From NCBI GenBank assembly GCA_964188305.1, contig OZ076887.1: a stretch of DNA of 64,000 bases. The stretch is one strand, 5' to 3'. The position numbers and the translations under genes are program-made. Shown here piece after piece: positions 63,415 through 64,000 of this stretch (position 1 is its first letter; every line of letters starts with the position of its first letter). This DNA is from Podarcis bocagei. Lineage: Eukaryota. The notes under the pieces are model-generated. The model was given only the letters and a program-made list of their open reading frames with translations, did no database searches and was not told where the DNA came from.

Positions 63415-63806
63415 TAAAGTTGTGTGCTTTTGTTTCTCTATATTCATACCTCAATTCTTCTTGGCCAGTCTTTCTTAAGAAGCTTCCCATTCTGTTGGCT
63501 GGCCCTGTTCTCTTCCTTTTTCCTTCAGAGGCTCTGCCTCTTGGTCATCTTACTAATTAGGTTTCTAATTATCACCTACTCTGTTTTCCCATTTCTCTAT
63601 TTGCTGTAAGTGGCACAAAGCTTTCCTGTTGCTGGCTTGGTGTAACGTGCTTTATCTTACCAAACTCCTCCTCTTCTATTGTGTATGGAATCAAGTTTAA
63701 TTTAAACAAAAGAGCTGTGTTTAGTCTTGCTTGTGTCCCACTATTGGGCCTTTTTGAAGTGCATTATTTTGAATATGTTTAAAAACCTAAACCTTCCTAT
63801 TTTTAG

Positions 63807-63867
63807 GATACTGATGAAATCCAAGTTAATTATCCAGGGATGTTTGAGATTATGGATGATCTGCAAG
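63807..63867 (+). CDS. NDUFAF5: NDUFAF5 exon 8 (DTDEIQVNYPGMFEIMDDLQ); GC donor; gene continues beyond the right edge
   Basis: Matches NDUFAF5; tag| acceptor; donor AAG|GCAAGT. Confidence 0.93.
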
Positions 63868-64000
63868 GCAAGTCTACTTTTTCTCATTAGCAAATTAGCA
63901 GTATAGCATACTATTCTGTATATCATGGTTAAATGCCCTAGGCTTTGTAGAGGGGCATTCCAGGTGGCTAATCCATGACACCTATGTACCCTATACGTAT

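Overview
Vertebrate genomic DNA, most likely a squamate and probably a lacertid lizard (inferred from Sauria SINEs, the CR1 type and the hAT/Tc1-mariner MITE families). It covers the conserved TASP1(-) / ESF1(-) / NDUFAF5(+) cluster. It contains TASP1 exons 1-4 with the CpG-island promoter (~9.3-10.1 kb), the complete ESF1 gene (14 exons, 2505-nt CDS, 834 aa, from hand-assembled splice junctions), and NDUFAF5 exons 1-8, which share a bidirectional NRF1/ETS promoter with ESF1 at ~56.5-56.8 kb. The TASP1-ESF1 intergenic region holds a full-length, lightly damaged CR1 LINE (17750-22242, 8-bp TSD), two inverted solo LTRs, L1 fragments and many MITEs/SINEs. Best leads: (1) a U_UUA_AAC slippery heptamer just before the CR1 ORF1 stop that would shift ribosomes -1 into ORF2; (2) a complete DNA MITE inside the CR1 5' UTR; (3) an interlocked uORF arrangement at the TASP1 start codon; (4) four consecutive AAG acceptors in ESF1; (5) a 5S-rRNA-headed SINE with a CR1 tail. 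Repeat family names and protein matches come from recalled sequences, not database searches.
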